From contig NZ_OMOH01000006.1 of NCBI RefSeq assembly GCF_900289195.1, positions 30,001 through 62,000 on the forward strand: a stretch of 32,000 nucleotides of DNA, written 5' to 3'. Under the pieces are notes generated by a model. The model ran no database searches, was not told where the DNA came from, and saw only the letters and a list, made by a program, of their open reading frames with translations. This DNA comes from Propionibacterium ruminifibrarum (GTDB lineage Bacteria; Actinomycetota; Actinomycetes; Propionibacteriales; Propionibacteriaceae). The position numbers were made by a program, and so were the translations under genes. This document shows, piece after piece, positions 14,136 to 23,070 of the stretch. Each line of letters begins with the position of its first letter. Position 1 is the first letter of the stretch.

Positions 14136-16361
14136 GTGACCAGAAATGGCACTGCTGACCCCTTGGTGGGTCATGTGCTGGATGACCGCTACGAGATCCT
14201 GCAGAAGCTGGCTCGTGGCGGCATGGCCACCGTCTACCGTGCCCAGGATCTGCGGCTCGGCCGCATCGTCGCGGTCAAGGTGATGCACGATGACCTCGAC
14301 GAGGCGCAGGGAACCGACTTCGCCCGCAAGTTCGACCGCGAGGCGCGGGCCGCGGCAGCGCTGACCGATTCACACGTCGTCGGTGTCTTCGACCAGGGGA
14401 TCGACGACGGCCGCCCCTACATCGTCATGGAGTTCATCGAGGGCTGCACGCTGCGCAACCTCATCACGCGCGAGGCGCCGTTCGACCCCGAACGCGCGCT
14501 CGGCCTCATCGAACCCATCGCGGCCGCCCTGGCGGCCGCCCACGAATCCGGTCTGGTGCACCGCGACGTCAAACCCGAGAACGTCCTCATCGGCAGCAAG
14601 GGCCAGATCAAGGTCGCCGACTTCGGGCTGGCCCGCGCCGCCAGCGCGAAGACGATCACCGTGGCCAAGGGCAACGTCATCGGCACGGTCAGCTACCTGC
14701 CGCCCGAGATCGTCGCGCAGACGCACGCGGACGCCCGCTCCGACATCTACTCGACCGGGATCGTGCTCTACGAGCTGCTGACCGGTGAGAAGCCCTACAC
14801 GGGCGAGAACCTGCAGGTCGCCTATGCGCACGTCAACAAGTCGGTTCCCGCACCGTCGCAGACGCTGCGCCGCAACGGCCACGCCCCCGTACCCGATTAC
14901 GTGGACGCACTGGTCATCGCGTGCACACGCCGCGATCCCGATCGCCGCCCGGCCGACGGGCACGACCTGCTCACCAAGGTGCGCCGCGCCCGCGCCGCCG
15001 TGGCGGCGGGTGTCACCAAGGACGACTCGTTGTCCATGGTCATGTACCCCGCCGGGTGGCGCGAAGGACGCACCTGGTCGGGGGCGAACGTCCGCGTCGG
15101 CAGTGTGCACATCGACACCGAACCGATCCGGCTCTCGTCGAGGGCCCGGGGCCGGGAACGCGCCGTGTCCTCGGCCGCCCCCCGCACGACCCGCGTCCGG
15201 TCCGCCGCCGGCCAGACTGTGACGAGCCTGTCGGCCGCCGGGGCGAATCCCCGGCAGGGACGTCACCGCCACGACGAGCCGGCGCGCCCGCCCTCGGACG
15301 GCTGGCACCCGGTCGACTCGCCCTCGCGCCCGGCCGCGCCGGTCAGCCCGGTCGATTACCGCGATCACCTGTCCCAGACCGGCTCGCATCCGCTGCCGCG
15401 GCATCAGCGCAGCCCGCTCCCGCGCAGCCAGCGCACGCCGTTGTTCCCGGAGATCGCCAACGACCCGGTGCACCGCCGCCGTCGCGGCGTCGTCGCGACC
15501 CTGCTCGTCCTGGTCCTGGCCACCGTCATCGGCGTGAGTTCCTGGTGGGTCACCTCCGGGCGCTTCATCGAGACACCGGACATGGTCGGCATGAGCCAGG
15601 ACTCCGCGATCAGCGCCGCCCAGCAGGCCGGGCTGACGGTCAGCTTCGAGCAGGCCTACAGCGACGACGTCGAGGCCGGCCTGGTCATCTCGACCGATCC
15701 GACGGCGGGCACGAGGATCGAGCGCAAGTCGCAGATCGACGCCGTCATCTCGGCCGGGCCGCAGACCTACACGATGCCGAACGTGGCGGGTCTGACCCAG
15801 GAGGCCGCTGTGCAGGCCCTCCTCGACGCCCACCTGGCCGTCGGAACCGTGACGCAGGAGTACTCCGACACCGTTGAGGCCGGCTCAGTCATCTCGGCCG
15901 GCGCGGAGGCGGGCACCCAGGTCGTCCACGACACGGCCGTCGACCTCGTCGTCTCGATGGGCCCCTCGCCGATCCAGGTGACCGACTACACCGGCAAACC
16001 GGCCGATGAGGCCAAGAGCGCCCTGGAGAAGGCCGGTTTCACGGTCACCACCGAGGAGCAGTCCTCCTCGACGGTCGAGGTCGGTCATGTCATCTCGCAG
16101 GACCCCGCCGGCGGTCAGCTGCAGGCCGGCAGCGAGATCCACCTGGTGGTCTCCAGCGGCGCCGAGGAGGTCTCGGTGCCCGACGTCCGCGCCCGCACCA
16201 TCGACGACGCCCGGTCGATCCTCGAGGCCGCCGGGTTCACCGTCGAGGAGAAGTACGTCGACGAGAACGCCTCTGTGCGCCTGAACCGGGTGCAGAAGAC
16301 CGATCCGGTGCGCAACACGAAGCTCGCGAAGGGCTCAACCGTGACGATCTACATCATCTGA
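14136..16361 (+). CDS. Transmembrane Ser/Thr protein kinase with four extracellular PASTA domains (PknL/PknB-type), 741 aa
   Basis: Track ORF 14052..16361. The Hanks kinase domain is intact: G-loop LARGGMATVY, VAVKVM, HRDVKPENVLI, VADFGLA, GTVSYLPPE and DIYSTGIVLYELLTGEKPY. A disordered Arg/Pro-rich linker of about 190 aa and the TM helix VVATLLVLVLATVIGVSSWWV follow. Four PASTA repeats of about 65 aa complete the protein. I prefer the GTG at 14136 (VTRNGTADPLVGHVLDDRYEI), which has GGAG 8 nt upstream. Its position next to metF and the synthase matches pknL of Corynebacterium and Mycobacterium. Confidence 0.93.
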   Translation: MTRNGTADPLVGHVLDDRYEILQKLARGGMATVYRAQDLRLGRIVAVKVMHDDLDEAQGTDFARKFDREARAAAALTDSHVVGVFDQGIDDGRPYIVMEFIEGCTLRNLITREAPFDPERALGLIEPIAAALAAAHESGLVHRDVKPENVLIGSKGQIKVADFGLARAASAKTITVAKGNVIGTVSYLPPEIVAQTHADARSDIYSTGIVLYELLTGEKPYTGENLQVAYAHVNKSVPAPSQTLRRNGHAPVPDYVDALVIACTRRDPDRRPADGHDLLTKVRRARAAVAAGVTKDDSLSMVMYPAGWREGRTWSGANVRVGSVHIDTEPIRLSSRARGRERAVSSAAPRTTRVRSAAGQTVTSLSAAGANPRQGRHRHDEPARPPSDGWHPVDSPSRPAAPVSPVDYRDHLSQTGSHPLPRHQRSPLPRSQRTPLFPEIANDPVHRRRRGVVATLLVLVLATVIGVSSWWVTSGRFIETPDMVGMSQDSAISAAQQAGLTVSFEQAYSDDVEAGLVISTDPTAGTRIERKSQIDAVISAGPQTYTMPNVAGLTQEAAVQALLDAHLAVGTVTQEYSDTVEAGSVISAGAEAGTQVVHDTAVDLVVSMGPSPIQVTDYTGKPADEAKSALEKAGFTVTTEEQSSSTVEVGHVISQDPAGGQLQAGSEIHLVVSSGAEEVSVPDVRARTIDDARSILEAAGFTVEEKYVDENASVRLNRVQKTDPVRNTKLAKGSTVTIYII

Positions 16362-16434
16362 CCGGGTGCCGCCGTGGGGCTGGAGGCACCCCGGATCGAT
16401 CCCGACCGGGCCGGCCGGTGCCCCGGAACCGGCC

Positions 16435-17508
16435 TCAGCCGAGCAGCCACATCACGAGGAGCAGCGCGGCGGCCAGGGCGCAGAGCAGGACGCCGGTCAG
16501 GGCCCAGCGCCCGGGCGTGCCGCGCACCGCGGGCCGTTCCCCCGCCGTCGCAGCGGGCCGGGCGGGATCCGCGGCCTCAGGGGTTCTCACGACGTGAACG
16601 AGGTGTTCGCTGACCCGTGCCGGGAGAGGCCCGTTCGTCCCCCATTCCGGGGGCAGGTCCGGTGTGGCGTCCTCGACGATGAAGGGCTCGGCGAAGCGGG
16701 CCCGCTGGCCGCTCGCGGGCTCCTGCGCGGTCGGCGCGGCGCGGACGGCTGTCAGCTCCGTGCGGGCGGCGGACGCGCTGGCGGTGCGGGCAGGGGCCGT
16801 GGCCAGCAGGTGCCCGAGGAAATCACCGACAGGGGTGCCCCGGTACTGCGCGGGCACCTCTGCCCCGCCACGGGCCACCGCGCCGGCCGAGGGCCGGCGG
16901 CCGGTGAGCATCTGCACCAGGAGGGCGCCCACCGAGTAGAGGTCCTGGACGGGATCCGGCGCGGCCCCGGAGAAGGCCTCGAAGGACATGTACCCCGGTG
17001 TCCCCACGGCGGCGCCGAGCCCCCGGGTGTCCCGCGTGCCGTCAGCGGTTTCGGCAACACCGCCGAGCCCGCCGAGGATCACGCGGGGACGCCGCCCGGC
17101 GCACAGCAGCACGACGTGGTCGGCGATGCCGCGATGCACGAGCCCCGCGCCGTGCAGCACGGTCAGGGCGGCCAGCAGCTGGTCGGTGATCTCGAGTGCG
17201 TTGTCGACGTCGATGGGTTCGTGGGCGGCCAGCCGGTCGCCGAGCACCTGGCCGCCCACCAGGGGGCTGAGGACGAGCGCCGGTCCCCCGGCCGCGCCGC
17301 CCACGACGACGGGTACCGCCAGGTGGGCCGCGGTAGTGGGGATTCGGGCGAGCAGCCCGCTCAGGGGTCCCGGGGCGTCGTCGACGAACTCGCAGGCCAG
17401 GTAGACCTTCTGCTCGTCGTCCCACACCCTCCAACGATTCCCCGCGAGGGCATCGACACGTTCGTAGCGTCCGCCGAAGACATCACCCATGGTGCGCAAG
17501 CATGCCAT
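16435..17508 (-). CDS. Tail-anchored protein-kinase-fold protein lacking all catalytic residues (predicted pseudokinase), 357 aa
   Basis: Track ORF 16435..17511, where the first codon is TTG and an ATG lies at 17508 (alternative ATG at 17490, MGDVFGGRYERV). The kinase scaffold is recognisable: GRYERV..LAG, GLVHRG, GTPGYMSFE and DLYSVGALLVQMLTGRRP. The catalytic positions are replaced: VAVK->LACE, HRD->HRG, KPEN->ADHV, DFG->LGG. The extreme C-terminus is a hydrophobic helix, WALTGVLLCALAAALLLVMWLLG, followed by the stop. Confidence 0.75.
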   Translation of the reverse strand: MACLRTMGDVFGGRYERVDALAGNRWRVWDDEQKVYLACEFVDDAPGPLSGLLARIPTTAAHLAVPVVVGGAAGGPALVLSPLVGGQVLGDRLAAHEPIDVDNALEITDQLLAALTVLHGAGLVHRGIADHVVLLCAGRRPRVILGGLGGVAETADGTRDTRGLGAAVGTPGYMSFEAFSGAAPDPVQDLYSVGALLVQMLTGRRPSAGAVARGGAEVPAQYRGTPVGDFLGHLLATAPARTASASAARTELTAVRAAPTAQEPASGQRARFAEPFIVEDATPDLPPEWGTNGPLPARVSEHLVHVVRTPEAADPARPAATAGERPAVRGTPGRWALTGVLLCALAAALLLVMWLLG

Positions 17509-17581
17509 CAAAGACCCGGCGGCGCACGGTGACCTGCCGGCATGACCCGCCCGAGGGCGGGCACAGGGCGCCGGCGGACAG

Positions 17582-17617
17582 CAGAGGAGGGCGGCCCCGT
17601 GGGGCCGCCCTCCTCTG
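17582..17617 (-). terminator. Long perfect GC-rich hairpin 17 nt downstream of rplO (end of the spc operon)
   Basis: cagaggagggcggcccc gt ggggccgccctcctctg forms a stem of about 15-16 bp. A second hairpin, cccgccc..gggcggg, follows at 17546-17561. Neither has a U tract. Confidence 0.55.
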
Positions 17618-17633
17618 CCATTGTCGCGTCGGC

Positions 17634-18083
17634 TCAGCGCTCGGTGACGCTGCCGCCGGCCTTCTCGATCTTCTCCCTGGCGGAGGCGCTGAACTTGTCG
17701 GCGGTGACGTCGAGCTTGACGCTCAGCTCGCCGTCGCCCAGCACCTTGACCGGCCTACCGGCACGAACCAGTCCCGCGTCGACGAGGTCGTCGACGCCGA
17801 CGGCGCCGCCCGCCGGGAAGTGCTCGGCGATCCGCGCCACGTTCACCGGCTGGTACTCGACCCTGAAGGGATTCTGGAAGCCGCGCAGCTTCGGCATCCG
17901 CATGTGCATCGGCATCTGGCCGCCCTCGAAGCTCTCGGGCACGTTCTTGCGTGCGCCGGTGCCCTTGGTGCCGCGGCCGGCGGTCTTGCCGCCCTTGCCA
18001 GCCTCGCCACGGCCGACGCGCTTCCTGGTGTGCTTCGCGCCGGGCGCCGGGCGCAGGTGATGAACCTTGATCGGCATGCTCAC
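17634..18083 (-). CDS. rplO: 50S ribosomal protein L15
   Basis: [41 protein letters not shown] is an L15 signature. The GTG at 18083 overlaps the rpmD stop. An alternative ATG lies at 18077. Confidence 0.96.
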   Translation of the reverse strand: MSMPIKVHHLRPAPGAKHTRKRVGRGEAGKGGKTAGRGTKGTGARKNVPESFEGGQMPMHMRMPKLRGFQNPFRVEYQPVNVARIAEHFPAGGAVGVDDLVDAGLVRAGRPVKVLGDGELSVKLDVTADKFSASAREKIEKAGGSVTER

Positions 18084-18262
18084 TTCACCTCTTCCACGGT
18101 GACCAGGTGACGCGCAGCGCGGATCATGCCGCGGATCTCCGGGCGATCGGGCTGCGTGACGGTGTCACCAATTCGCTTCAGACCGAGGGACCTGACGCTC
18201 GCGCGGACGGCGGGCTTCTGGGCCACGGTCGACTTGATCTGGGTGATCTTCAGGTCTGCCAT
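18080..18262 (-). CDS. rpmD: 50S ribosomal protein L30
   Basis: The 60-aa product begins [32 protein letters not shown]. Its position between rpsE and rplO is canonical. Confidence 0.96.
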   Translation of the reverse strand: MADLKITQIKSTVAQKPAVRASVRSLGLKRIGDTVTQPDRPEIRGMIRAARHLVTVEEVK

Positions 18263-18876
18263 CAGGCCGACACCTCCGATTCCTTGCGGGCACGCAGCAG
18301 GGCGGCGGGGGCGACGTCCTCGACGGACTTGCCACGGCGCTTGGCGACCTGCTCGGGCTCCTCGAGCATCTGAAGGGCCTCAACGGTGGCATGCACCACG
18401 TTGATGGCGTTGGGCGAGCCGAGCGACTTGGCCAGCACGTCCTGGACGCCCGCGCACTCGAGGACGGCGCGGACCGATCCGCCGGCGATCACGCCGGTAC
18501 CGGGCGAGGCCGGACGCAGCATGACGACACCGGCCGCCTTCTCCCCCTGCACGGGGTGCGGGATGGTGCGCTGGACCAGCGGCACCTTGAAGAAGTGCTT
18601 CTTGGCCTCCTCGACGCCCTTGGCGATCGCCGCGGGCACCTCCTTGGCCTTGCCGTAGCCGACGCCGACCGTGCCCTCACCGTCACCCACGACGACGAGC
18701 GCGGTGAAGCTGAAACGGCGGCCGCCCTGGACCACCTTGGACACGCGGTTGATGGCGACGACGCGCTCCAGGTACTCGTCCTTGCGCTCGCTCTGCTTGT
18801 CGCGGCTCCGACGGTCGTCACGGCCGCGACGGTCACCGCCCTGGCGGCCGGTGGCGCCGCGCTGGGATGTATTCAT
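18262..18876 (-). CDS. rpsE: 30S ribosomal protein S5
   Basis: It contains [48 protein letters not shown]. An Arg/Gly/Asp-rich N-terminal extension of about 35 aa is present. The ATGA overlaps rpmD. Confidence 0.97.
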   Translation of the reverse strand: MNTSQRGATGRQGGDRRGRDDRRSRDKQSERKDEYLERVVAINRVSKVVQGGRRFSFTALVVVGDGEGTVGVGYGKAKEVPAAIAKGVEEAKKHFFKVPLVQRTIPHPVQGEKAAGVVMLRPASPGTGVIAGGSVRAVLECAGVQDVLAKSLGSPNAINVVHATVEALQMLEEPEQVAKRRGKSVEDVAPAALLRARKESEVSA

Positions 18877-18896
18877 CGCTTTTCCTAATCCTTCCG

Positions 18897-19280
18897 TCAG
18901 AGACTCAGCCCCGCCTTGCGGGCGCCGTCGGCGACCGCTGCGACACGGCCGTGGTACTGGTTGCCCGCACGGTCGAAGACGACCTGCTCGATACCGGCGT
19001 CCTTGGCGCGCTGGCCGACGAGCTCACCGACCCGGGCGGCCTTGGCCGTCTTGTCCCCGTCGAGCGCTCGCACGTCCTGCTCCATGGTGGAGGCGGACAC
19101 GAGGGTGACACCGGCGACGTCGTCGATGACCTGCGCCACCATGTGGCGGGCGCTGCGCGTGACGACGAGGCGGGGACGCTCGGGGTAGCCGAAGATCTTC
19201 TTGCGGCCGCGCTTCTGGCGGCGCAGCTGGGAGGACCTGCGGGCGGCGAGATGCTTCTGATGCTTGATGTTGACCGCCAT
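18897..19280 (-). CDS. rplR: 50S ribosomal protein L18
   Basis: It contains [21 protein letters not shown]...[25 protein letters not shown] chose the ATG at 19280 (MAVNIKHQ...). The track start at 19286 is a GTG overlapping the rplF stop. Confidence 0.95.
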   Translation of the reverse strand: MAVNIKHQKHLAARRSSQLRRQKRGRKKIFGYPERPRLVVTRSARHMVAQVIDDVAGVTLVSASTMEQDVRALDGDKTAKAARVGELVGQRAKDAGIEQVVFDRAGNQYHGRVAAVADGARKAGLSL

Positions 19281-19282
19281 GA

Positions 19283-19825
19283 TCACTTACCAGCCTTCCC
19301 GACCTTGCGGCGGATGTGCTCACCGGCGTATCGCACGCCCTTGCCCTTGTAGGGCTCGGGCTTGCGGATCTTGCGAATGTTCGCAGCGACCTCGCCGACG
19401 ACCTGCTTGTCGATGCCGTGCACCTTGAAACTCGTCTGCGTGATGACCTCGAAGGTGATGCCCTCGGGGGCGTCGACGACGACCGGATGCGAGAAACCCA
19501 GCGCGAACTCGAGCTGGGTCGGGCTCTTCGCGACGACCCGGTAGCCGACGCCGACGATCTCGAGGTGCTTCTCGTAGCCATCGGTGACGCCGATGACCAT
19601 GTTGTTGACCAGTGTCCGGCTGAGGCCGTGCAGCGACTTGCTGACGCGCTCGTCGTCGGGACGTTCGACGACCAGCTGGCCCTCGTCGTTCCTGGACACG
19701 GTGATGGGTTCCGGGATGGTCCGCGAGAGTTCGCCCTTCGGCCCCTTCACGGTCACGTCCTGCCCGGCCAGAGTCACCTCAACACCGGACGGAACGGTGA
19801 TGGGGAGCCTGCCAATTCGTGACAT
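19283..19825 (-). CDS. rplF: 50S ribosomal protein L6
   Basis: [33 protein letters not shown]...[11 protein letters not shown] matches L6. Confidence 0.97.
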   Translation of the reverse strand: MSRIGRLPITVPSGVEVTLAGQDVTVKGPKGELSRTIPEPITVSRNDEGQLVVERPDDERVSKSLHGLSRTLVNNMVIGVTDGYEKHLEIVGVGYRVVAKSPTQLEFALGFSHPVVVDAPEGITFEVITQTSFKVHGIDKQVVGEVAANIRKIRKPEPYKGKGVRYAGEHIRRKVGKAGK

Positions 19826-19855
19826 TCCTGTTCTCCTTACCTGTTCTCGTTCGGT

Positions 19856-20263
19856 TCACCAGACATAGGCGAGCACTTCGCCGCCCACTGATTTCTCATG
19901 GGCCTGCCTGTCGGTCATCAGGCCCTGCGAGGTCGAGATGATCGCGATGCCCATGCCGCCCAGGACCTTGGGCAGCTGGTTCGACTTCGCGTAGACGCGC
20001 AGGCCGGGTTTGCTGATGCGGCGCAGGCCCGCGATGGAGCGTTTGCGGTCATCGCCGTACTTGAGCTTGAGGGTGAGCGTCTTGCCCACCTCACCGGCCT
20101 GGGGCTCGGCGACCGCGAAGTCCAGGATGTAACCCTCCTGCTTCAGGATCGAGGCGATGCCCACCTTGATCTTGGAGCTGGGCATGCTCGCCTCGTCGTG
20201 GTACGCCTGGTTGGCGTTGCGCAGACGGGTGAGCATGTCTGCGATCGGGTCGGTCATAGTCAT
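19856..20263 (-). CDS. rpsH: 30S ribosomal protein S8
   Basis: [24 protein letters not shown]...GGEVLAYVW matches S8. Confidence 0.97.
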   Translation of the reverse strand: MTMTDPIADMLTRLRNANQAYHDEASMPSSKIKVGIASILKQEGYILDFAVAEPQAGEVGKTLTLKLKYGDDRKRSIAGLRRISKPGLRVYAKSNQLPKVLGGMGIAIISTSQGLMTDRQAHEKSVGGEVLAYVW

Positions 20264-20408
20264 GGCTTGTCAGCCTCTTTCTCACAACGGTTTCCGGGTC
20301 GGGCCCGGACCTGTTGTGGTCGAGTGTGGAGCCCGCCTGCCTCGGCGCAGTGCCGAGCGGCGGCCGGCGGCTCGCGCCGCCACTGGGTCGTTGGGTGAGC
20401 CCTGGGAC

Positions 20409-20594
20409 TCACCAGGACGACTTGGTCACGCCCGGCAGGTCGCCCGAGTGGGCGAGCTCGCGCAGGCAGATGCGGCACAGGCCGAACTTGCGGTAGACGG
20501 CCTTCGGCCGGCCACAGCGCTGGCAGCGGGTGTAGGCGCGCACGGCGAACTTGGGCTTGCGGGCCTGCTTGGCTTTCAGAGCGGTCTTAGCCAT
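20409..20594 (-). CDS. rpsN: 30S ribosomal protein S14, type Z (zinc-binding, 61 aa)
   Basis: [61 protein letters not shown] carries the CxxC...CxxC motif. The start is the ATG at 20594, internal to track ORF 20409..20606. Confidence 0.96.
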   Translation of the reverse strand: MAKTALKAKQARKPKFAVRAYTRCQRCGRPKAVYRKFGLCRICLRELAHSGDLPGVTKSSW

Positions 20595-20602
20595 GAGCTG
20601 TC

Positions 20603-21265
20603 TCACTTCCTCCTGCGGCCACGCTGCGGACCGCTGCTCTTCTTCTTGACCTTCGGGTCGTCAACGGCCTTGAACGGGAAGCCGAGGGCCCTGAGCAGGG
20701 CCTTGCCCTCCTCGTTGGTCCTGGCGGTCGTCACGAAGGTGATGTCCATGCCACGGACGCGGTCGATCTTGTCCTGGTCGATCTCGTGGAACATGACCTG
20801 CTCGGTCAGGCCGAAGGTGTAGTTGCCGTTGCCGTCGAACTGGTTGCTGTTCAGGCCGCGGAAGTCGCGGATCCTGGGCAGCGCGAGCGTCAGCAGGCGA
20901 TCGGCGAACTCCCACATGCGGTCGCCGCGGAGCGTGACATAGGCACCGATGGCCTGGCCCTCGCGCAGGTGGAACTGGGCGATCGACTTGCGGGCCTTGA
21001 CGACCATGGGCTTCTGGCCCGTGATGGCCGTGAGGTCCTTGATCGCCCCGTCGAGCACCTTGGAGTCGTGCGCCGCCTCGCCGACACCCATGTTCACGAC
21101 GATCTTGGACAGACCGGGGATGAGCATCGGGTTGGTGTAGCCGAACTCGTCCTGGAGCTTCGCGCGGATCTCGTCGCGGTAGCGGGCCTTCAGACGCGGT
21201 GTCTGGGGCGCGGTGGCAACGGCCACGTCGGCGACCTTGAGAGCGTTGTCCTTGGTGCGGGCCAT
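20603..21265 (-). CDS. rplE: 50S ribosomal protein L5
   Basis: [42 protein letters not shown]...MDITFVTTA matches L5. A TGATG overlap with the rplX stop indicates translational coupling. It carries a short N-terminal extension and a Lys/Arg-rich C-terminal extension. Confidence 0.96.
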   Translation of the reverse strand: MARTKDNALKVADVAVATAPQTPRLKARYRDEIRAKLQDEFGYTNPMLIPGLSKIVVNMGVGEAAHDSKVLDGAIKDLTAITGQKPMVVKARKSIAQFHLREGQAIGAYVTLRGDRMWEFADRLLTLALPRIRDFRGLNSNQFDGNGNYTFGLTEQVMFHEIDQDKIDRVRGMDITFVTTARTNEEGKALLRALGFPFKAVDDPKVKKKSSGPQRGRRRK

Positions 21266-21639
21266 CAGATCTCCTCCCCCGTCTTGCGGGCGACGCGGAC
21301 ACCACGGGTGCCCTCGTACTCAGAGCCGTCGGGGCGGCGCTTGGTCACGGTCACGCGCTTGGACCCGACGCGCGTCACGACGTCCTTGCCGCCGTCCTTG
21401 ACGAGCAGCTGGACGTTGGAGGCGTGGATCGGGGCCTCCCGCGAGATGATCCCGCCCTTGACCTGACGGCCCGTGTTGGGATCGGCGGTGTCGCCCTGGT
21501 GGCGTTTGACGATGTTGACGCCCTGGACCGTCACGCGGTTGTCCTCGGGGAAGACGGCGAGGATCTCACCGACCGCGCCCTTGTCCTTGCCGGCGATGAC
21601 CTTGACACGGTCACCCTTCTTCAGCTTCATCTTCGCCAT
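21265..21639 (-). CDS. rplX: 50S ribosomal protein L24
   Basis: [47 protein letters not shown] is the KOW motif. A C-terminal extension is present. Confidence 0.96.
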   Translation of the reverse strand: MAKMKLKKGDRVKVIAGKDKGAVGEILAVFPEDNRVTVQGVNIVKRHQGDTADPNTGRQVKGGIISREAPIHASNVQLLVKDGGKDVVTRVGSKRVTVTKRRPDGSEYEGTRGVRVARKTGEEI

Positions 21640-21640
21640 G

Positions 21641-22012
21641 TCAGATCACCTCGGGAGCCAGCGAGACGATGCGCATGAAGCGCTTGTCACGCAGTTCGCG
21701 GGCCACCGGCCCGAAGATACGGGTACCGCGGGGCTCACCCGTGTTACCGCCGAGAACGACGGCCGCGTTCTCGTCGAACTTGATGTAGGAGCCATCGGGA
21801 CGACGGTGCGGCTTGACGGTGCGCACGACGACGGCCTTGACGACCTCGCCCTTCTTCACATTGCCACCGGGAATGGCGTCCTTGACGGTGCACACGATGG
21901 TGTCACCGAGCCCGGCGTAGCGACGCTTCGAGCCGCCGAGGACACGGATGCACAAGAGCTCCTTGGCACCAGTGTTGTCGGCGACCTTCAGTCGCGTCTC
22001 CTGCTGGATCAT
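21641..22012 (-). CDS. rplN: 50S ribosomal protein L14
   Basis: [37 protein letters not shown] matches L14. The SD GAGGAGAAG lies upstream. Confidence 0.97.
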   Translation of the reverse strand: MIQQETRLKVADNTGAKELLCIRVLGGSKRRYAGLGDTIVCTVKDAIPGGNVKKGEVVKAVVVRTVKPHRRPDGSYIKFDENAAVVLGGNTGEPRGTRIFGPVARELRDKRFMRIVSLAPEVI

Positions 22013-22135
22013 TTCTTCTCCTCTGCCCGACCGGTTCCCCGGGTCTCCCCGAGGCCTGGCCGGACTCGTAGTTGTCCTCTGGGTTCTGCCAGAGGGAGCA
22101 GCGGCGTCACCGGCACGATGACCGCCGGGTCTCGG

Positions 22136-22402
22136 TTACTTGGCCTTCTCGATGATGGTGACGAGACGCCAGCGCTTGGTGGCCGACAGCGGGCGCGTCT
22201 CCATGATGCGCACGCGGTCCCCGATCCCGGCCTCATTGTTCTCGTCGTGGGCCTTGAAACGGACGGTCTTGGTCATGACCTTGCCGTACAGGGGGTGCTT
22301 CACGCGGTCCTCCACGGCGACGACCACCGTCTTGTCCATCTTGTCGGAAACAACCAGGCCCTCACGGACCTTGCGGGTGTTGCGCTCGACCGACTCGCTC
22401 AT
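22136..22402 (-). CDS. rpsQ: 30S ribosomal protein S17
   Basis: [45 protein letters not shown] matches S17. Confidence 0.97.
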   Translation of the reverse strand: MSESVERNTRKVREGLVVSDKMDKTVVVAVEDRVKHPLYGKVMTKTVRFKAHDENNEAGIGDRVRIMETRPLSATKRWRLVTIIEKAK

Positions 22403-22647
22403 TCCGCGACCTCCCCTTCACGATCAGGATCCTCGATGATGCCGAGGTTGCGTTCCTGCAGCACCGTGTAGATGCGGGCGATGTCCTTGCGGACCTCGCG
22501 CAGACGTGCGGTGTTCTCAAGCTGGCCGGTGGCTGCCTGGAAGCGCAGGGCGAACAGCTCCTCCTTCAGCTCGACGACCTTGGCGTTGAGGTCGACGCGG
22601 GACAGCCCGCGCAGCTCGGCGGCGGTGTTGCTCCGGTTCTTCGCCAT
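22399..22647 (-). CDS. rpmC: 50S ribosomal protein L29
   Basis: [59 protein letters not shown] matches L29. The start at 22647 lies just after the rplP stop. The track ORF extends to 22659. Confidence 0.95.
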   Translation of the reverse strand: MAKNRSNTAAELRGLSRVDLNAKVVELKEELFALRFQAATGQLENTARLREVRKDIARIYTVLQERNLGIIEDPDREGEVAE

Positions 22648-22648
22648 G

Positions 22649-23068
22649 TCAGTTCTCACCTGCTTCGCGCTTGATGATGCGTGCCTTGAAGGGCAGCTTG
22701 TGGATGGCCAGCCGGAGGGCCTCGGAGGCGACTTCCTCCGACACGCCGGACAGCTCGAAGAGCACCCGGCCCGGTTTGACGTTGACGACCCAGAACTCGG
22801 GGGTACCCTTGCCCGAACCCATGCGGGACTCGGCGGGGTGCTTGGTCAGCGGACGGTCCGGGTAGACGTTGATCCAGACCTTGCCGCCTCGCCTGATGTA
22901 ACGGGTCATGGCGATACGCGCGGCCTCGATCTGGCGGTTCGTCATGTAGGCCGGTTCGAGGGCCTGGATGCCGAACTCGCCGAAGGCCAACTGCGTGCCG
23001 CCCTTGGCCATGCCACGGCGCTTCGGGTGGTGCTGCTTGCGGTACTTGACGCGCTTGGGAATCAACAT
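22649..23068 (-). CDS. rplP: 50S ribosomal protein L16
   Basis: [38 protein letters not shown] matches L16. Confidence 0.97.
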   Translation of the reverse strand: MLIPKRVKYRKQHHPKRRGMAKGGTQLAFGEFGIQALEPAYMTNRQIEAARIAMTRYIRRGGKVWINVYPDRPLTKHPAESRMGSGKGTPEFWVVNVKPGRVLFELSGVSEEVASEALRLAIHKLPFKARIIKREAGEN

Positions 23069-23070
23069 GG

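Noticed and set aside
14370-15833. 487-aa minus-strand ORF antisense to the PASTA kinase, together with 14921..15877 (+) in an alternative frame
   Set aside because: The plus-strand frame from 14136 encodes a complete, motif-perfect Hanks kinase. The antisense and alternative frames are low-complexity Arg/Gly/Asp-rich translations typical of GC3-biased genes.
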